12,000 bases of DNA, from contig JAKLZA010000154.1 in NCBI GenBank assembly GCA_030704615.1, positions 1 to 12,000 on the forward strand, read 5' to 3'. This DNA is from Takakia lepidozioides (taxonomy: Eukaryota > Plantae > Bryophyta). Shown one piece after another: positions 7,555 to 12,000 of the stretch (the stretch's first letter is position 1; each line of letters begins with the position of its first letter). The position numbers and the translations under genes were made by a program. The notes beneath the pieces are model-generated. The model was given only the letters and a program-made list of their open reading frames with translations, was not told the origin of the DNA and made no database searches.

Positions 7555-10500
7555 ATGGCTTCCTCTGAAGCGGAGTTCTTCTCAGACGACAAACCAGTGC
7601 CGTTCTCCCAGGAAGTCCTTGACAATGGATTTGCAATTGTTCTGGAACATGTCTTGGCTACCCGTTTTCAGCTGCAGAATGGCTCCATCTTTTTGGAGAA
7701 AGAGGTTTACGATCTGAAAGGGAAGTTGGTGAAATATTCTTTCCAAAACCGTGATGAGACGGCTCATATCAGCCAGTGGAGAGTGCGTCCTGGTCGATAC
7801 AGAGTACTTGGAGAGCCTCGGCGAAAGTCCCTTGGGTCATATGTGACGCCCGGGACTGCTGCTTCGGTCGTTGAAGACAAGAGGGAGGTGGTGGTGAAAA
7901 AAGAACAGACTTCCTCCACTCCAATCGTTGAGCTTTCGGATTCTTCCGATGATGACATAAGTGAAATTCCAAATCCAGTCCTTCCTACTGTGGTTGCAGA
8001 AGCTGATGAAGAAGAGATTTGTAGTGTCATTCCAAAATTGCGGGCGATGGGAGGAATGGCTGGATTCAAAAGTGAGTTGCGGGGAATTGATTGGGAATCT
8101 TTGAAGCAGGTGCCTGTGAAGTTCTTGCCGGAGACTTTTGATGGCGATATCCTATTCGAGCTGCCTCCTCCTCCGCGAGTTGGAGGTGTAACAATCATGA
8201 TGCATGGAATGGACAAGAAACACGACGGGCACCCGTGGTGCAGAACAAAAACATCCAATATTCAGAATGATGACAAGCTTGTTTTCAGGAGGACAGTTTG
8301 CAATGGACACCTTAGGTGTGATAATTTGAATTGCAGACACTTTCTTCAGTCTGGTGTTCATAATCAAAGCGAATGGGAGGGTCTGGCGGAGAATCCATTT
8401 CAGCCTGGGACTGCCCCTCCACCGGCAAACACTTTCGTCTGCAAATTCTGCAAACTTGTGCCATCCTGCTTGGCGCTCTGCGGAGCAAGAATGTACTATG
8501 TTGTCCACCGTTTGAATACAATGACGAGAGCTTGTGTGCATTTTGGATTCCATAACCATCCTGTCTCGAAGGGGGATTACAGGGAGAGTGTTGAGACAGT
8601 ATCGAGGTTGATCAAACAGGAGTTCGGGAGAAACCCATCCGCAACAACATCTGCAATTGCTCTTGGCGCAAGCAAGTCCTTCTTGGAAAGCCATATTTTG
8701 AGTGAAGGAGATTCTGTGGGGACTAAACTTGACGGTGCAGCATTGGACCTGGTCATGGATCATTTCTCCACTTTAAGTTCACCTAACATTCGGCATCAGA
8801 TCAATGCATTGAGAATGGGCTCTGGGATCAGAGGCTACATAGACAATATTTTGGAATTGAAACGACTGAGCAAGTACGATTACATCCAGGACAATGTATT
8901 CCCAGGTCAAGGTGCCATCAAAGTTTTTCTTTTCAAAATGTCGACTGTTGGGGAGGGCAGTGGGGTTAGCCTCGTGAAGCGGATGCAGAAGACTGGGGAC
9001 TTGCAGAACTGTTTTCTTATGTTTGATCATGTGAAACGAGTGAAGGATTGGACGACAATGGCTTGTCATGTCTACGATCCAGTGTACCAACGAGTTATGA
9101 CAATTGCAGTTTGTGACATGCAATCCGAGGATACGGAATCCCAGAAGCTCATGTGGAATTCCCTGATACGTGTCATGGGCTGCCATGGGCTGCCATCTCC
9201 AAATTTCGCAGGTTTCATGGCGGATAGTGCTCAAGCAAATTTCAATGCTATTCGTATTGTCTTCGGATCGGGCGACCCAAAAGTGCCTATGCCAGGAAGA
9301 GAGCGTACATGTCTATTCCATTGGACACAATCTCTGGAAAAACATACAAAGTCGGACATCAAACCAGAGATGCAGACTCAGCACCGTAAATTGTGCAAAG
9401 AGTACAAAGATGCTAGAACAATGAAGGAGGCGGACACTTTGTTCCAGACAATTCGTGCCTGGTGGTTCTCTTCTGGAGCTGCATCACTTGAGAGTATGAG
9501 AGCATTGGAAGATTGGCTGGCGTTTTGGCACTTCCGGTATAGACAGTGGGGAGCAGCCATGACAATGGTACGAGGCTTCTATTTCATGCTTTATTCATAC
9601 ATTTGCTTTCCATATTTTTGACTCATTGCTTTCTTTATGTTGTTTCCTGTGCACTATTCTGAAGTGTGGTTATCCTCTTTGCAGAACATGTCCATTGAGG
9701 AAATGGCGGACATGCCATCTTGCAATTTGGCAGAAACTGTGCACAATGCATGGTTGCAGCAGTCTGGGAAACGAGGTCGGGATTTGTATGTGGCAACAAC
9801 AGATGATTTGATACGTGCCTTGCAACAACAAACCCGATACCGTGATTTCTTACGAGGTGGGGTTGGTGGCAAGGGTCCGGACAAATGGGAGTTGATGTTG
9901 CGTGCTGCAAACAGATCTGGGGATCCAATCAAGATAGCACGGGCGGTGAGCATGTATGCCCAGGGAACGCCACTTGTTTCTAGAGTTCCACATCTTGAAG
10001 GGGAGGAGAGATTCGGCTCCTGTAAGAGGAAATTGAACACTCCACCTGGTTCGGATTCAGATTCCCACAGGGCAGACCGTGATAACTTCTCGAAGCCTCG
10101 TGTTCCCCTGCATGACAGCTCCATGTCCGGAACCTCCATTGTGGAGGAACCTCCAACACGACGGCAAGCTCCAGCATCAAACCGTGCCACTGAAATGGTG
10201 CAGGAGAGAAACAACCCCCTTGATGTGCTTGAGTCCGCATGCCCCGACCACGTTTGGCACATAGAACGCACAAGTGTCGGGTCTCGTGTGAAATGTACAG
10301 CGATCAGGGCAACTAATTTCGAGAAGTGCACTTCATCTATATCCAGAGGTGGTGCCCGAACTCCTGCTCCGACTTTCACGGGCTTGATGCGTCCATACGG
10401 TCAACCAGAAGCCAAGAACCACAAGTTCTGGTTCTGCGCAGATGATTGTGCCAGATGTGTGCATGGAACTGTGCGTCCTTCCGTAGTGATGAAGCCATCT

Positions 10501-11070
10501 CCTCCAACCGTTTGGCCCGTGAAGGTGGGAACACATCTCAGCTTTCAGGAGATTGAAATGCTGGAGGAGGCAGGTTTTTCCCTTGCGAGACAACCCCAAC
10601 TCCATGCATGTGCTACTACTCCTGCGTCCTCCCGGGTCCCCCCGGCAAATCCTGACTTGTGGCCAACCAAACGAGATGGAAAGCTCGTTCGGCGTTTCCC
10701 TCCAACCGCTGAACACTTTGGCAAAGTGGAGTCCGCAAGAATGCTCCAAGCTCGTGTCGGAAGCACCACGGAAGTACCCGATCCAGGATATGGTCGGGTA
10801 TTCACAATCATCACTTCCACATCTGCTGTTCATGACAGGACCTACGACATCACGGTTTCCAATTTCCCCAATTGCACATGTCCTGATTTTGTGAATATGC
10901 TATCAACCAGTTTGGGCAAGAGAGGTAAATTCATACCCTGCAAACATTTGTATTTCATATTTTTGAGGAGGATGGTTTGCGATCCCAAACGTGACAACTT
11001 CATTCACCAGGCCACTATGAGTTTCAACGAGGTCGATACTCTTTTGCAGCGGGATACAACACATGGGTAG
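7555..11070 (+). CDS. MULE (Mutator-family) DDE transposase with GCM/WRKY-like domain and SWIM finger, 2 exons (7555-9567, 9685-11070), about 1132 aa
   Basis: Phase-0 intron 9568-9684 (GTACGA...TTTGCAG) joins the 688-aa and 477-aa ORFs. Catalytic candidates: D in FLMFDH (9025), D in FMADSAQANFNAI (9223), CxxH in CLFHW (9310-9321), E in CNLAETVH (9733). GCM-like region DGHPW...CNGHLRCDNLNC...CKFC...C...GFHNHP (8224-8562). SWIM CTC...CKH (10873-10947). Confidence 0.9.
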
Positions 11071-11475
11071 CATGAACTATGTAATGTGGTATGTGGATGA
11101 CCATGATTTGAAATGTGTAATTCACATCAATTCGTCGGCTGTGCAATGATATGGCCTCCAACTATACGGAGTGAGGTCTGAGTGACAACTTTTAGGTAGT
11201 GCACATTTGTCATTGCACCGTTCGAAGTCTACATGTCTTGCTGTCGCTATGCACTACAATCATCTTTTGAAGATGATCATAACTCTCATTGTTATTTGAG
11301 GAGGGAGGAAGTCTTCTCGTGGCAGCCTTTATGGCGCACACTTTGTGAGGATATTTTGTCGTCTTCGTAATTGTAAAAGTGAAACAAGCATTTGTAATTG
11401 CACAATGTTGGATGCTGCAATTGTAGGCCTCAACGCTCGTCTTGATTCTATTTAGGCAAGATTCCCTGCATTAAT

Positions 11476-11507
11476 TCCACGGTCATAGGACCATCCACGG
11501 TTATAGG
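11476..11507 (+). repeat. Short direct repeat TCCACGGTYATAGG x2
   Basis: 11476-11489 and 11494-11507, one mismatch. Confidence 0.7.
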
Positions 11508-11523
11508 CGGCGCATGTTAATGC

Positions 11524-11630
11524 TGACGTGGCAGTTGACGGACAGTGCCACGTCATCATTTACCGCCACATCAGCATGCTGACATGACGCTCACGCCACG
11601 TCAGCGTGTGTGCAGGCTCACGCCACGTCA
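11524..11630. repeat. Right subterminal GCCACGTCA motif cluster
   Basis: TGACGTGGC at 11524-11532; GCCACGTCA at 11547, 11595 and 11622; GCCACATCA at 11565. The 15-mer GCTCACGCCACGTCA at 11589-11603 and 11616-11630 is identical to 429-443. Confidence 0.82.
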
Positions 11631-11632
11631 GC

Positions 11633-11688
11633 TGGCGTGAGCGTACGCTCGCGCGCTCACGTGTAATGCTCACGCCATTGCGTCGTTG
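11633..11688 (-). repeat. Right terminal inverted repeat (imperfect)
   Basis: Reverse complement of the left TIR as aligned above. Confidence 0.8.
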
Positions 11689-12000
11689 GTAATGGCCACA
11701 CCTCTTGCCGATGAAGAGTTAGGAAGGAGTAGCGGGTGGGGAAGATTTCGAGAGCACTGAGATGGAAGCGGAGGGTGGTTATCCTCATCTGCTGCTTTTG
11801 AAGAAGTTGGAGGGAAGAACAAGAGGGAATCGATGGGAACTCCAGTTACGAAAGTGTTAGAGCCCAAAATTCTATCACATTCATAGTCATCATCGGCATC
11901 ATTCTCTACATCTGTTGGAGTTTCAATGAGTTCAGGACGGAGTTCACGCATGTCACAGGGTGGAACTGGAAGCGCAAAGACACTGAACTACCCGCAGCTT

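Larger units (their letters stand above)
378..11688. mobile_element. Mutator-like (MULE) DNA transposon, about 11.3 kb, two divergent genes, apparently intact
   Basis: DDE/CxxH/SWIM transposase inside; imperfect TIRs (left CAGGGATGCCTCGGCGTGAGC at 378-398; right end read inward CAACGACGCAATGGCGTGAGC from 11688); GCCACGTCA subterminal motifs at both ends; homology of the left-flank SWIM fragment stops at about 377/378. Exact termini are uncertain by a few bp and no 8-10 bp TSD is visible. Confidence 0.85.

Noticed and set aside
9568-9684. Two separate genes or a broken transposase (688 aa plus 477 aa)
   Set aside because: A clean 117-nt phase-0 GT-AG intron joins them and completes the DDE triad.
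7582-10833. Antisense and alternative-frame ORFs over the transposase (e.g. 8152-8763, 9654-10379)
   Set aside because: Shadow ORFs with no recognisable motifs.
11454-11468. AGGCAAGATTCCCTG as an alternative right terminus complementary to CAGGGATGCCT
   Set aside because: Short gapped match with no TSD; the much longer TIR match and subterminal motifs lie further right at 11524-11688.
11670-11951. 93-aa minus-strand ORF in the right flank as the continuation of the left SWIM fragment
   Set aside because: No similarity to the transposase region upstream of SWIM in any frame; identity unknown.
11954-12000. ACAGGG resembling the left terminus, possibly the start of another element
   Set aside because: Only a 6-bp match at the window edge; unsupported.

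Overview
The window is almost entirely one apparently intact, eukaryotic (spliceosomal GT-AG introns) Mutator-like DNA transposon of about 11.3 kb (about 378-11688) bounded by short, imperfect, self-palindromic terminal inverted repeats. It carries two divergently transcribed genes. On the + strand is a 2-exon, about 1132-aa MULE-type DDE transposase with an N-terminal GCM/WRKY-like Zn domain and a C-terminal SWIM finger. On the - strand is a 10-exon, about 1169-aa cargo protein that fuses an N-terminal ParB/Srx-like domain (DGNHR) to a C-terminal prokaryote-type beta-class (N4C/N6A) DNA methyltransferase fold with a non-canonical catalytic motif. The two longest introns of the ParB-MTase gene hold at least 11 copies of a 22-bp palindrome (consensus TGAATGKCG-TCAA-CGMCATTCA), partly amplified by tandem duplication of a roughly 270-330 bp unit. 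My main hypothesis (inference) is a self-targeting ParB/parS-like epigenetic or anti-silencing module, analogous in logic to Arabidopsis VANDAL/VANC. The left flank is the truncated 3' end of a related transposase. An early-diverging land plant host is a guess. All domain calls are by-eye motif recognition, with no database searches run.
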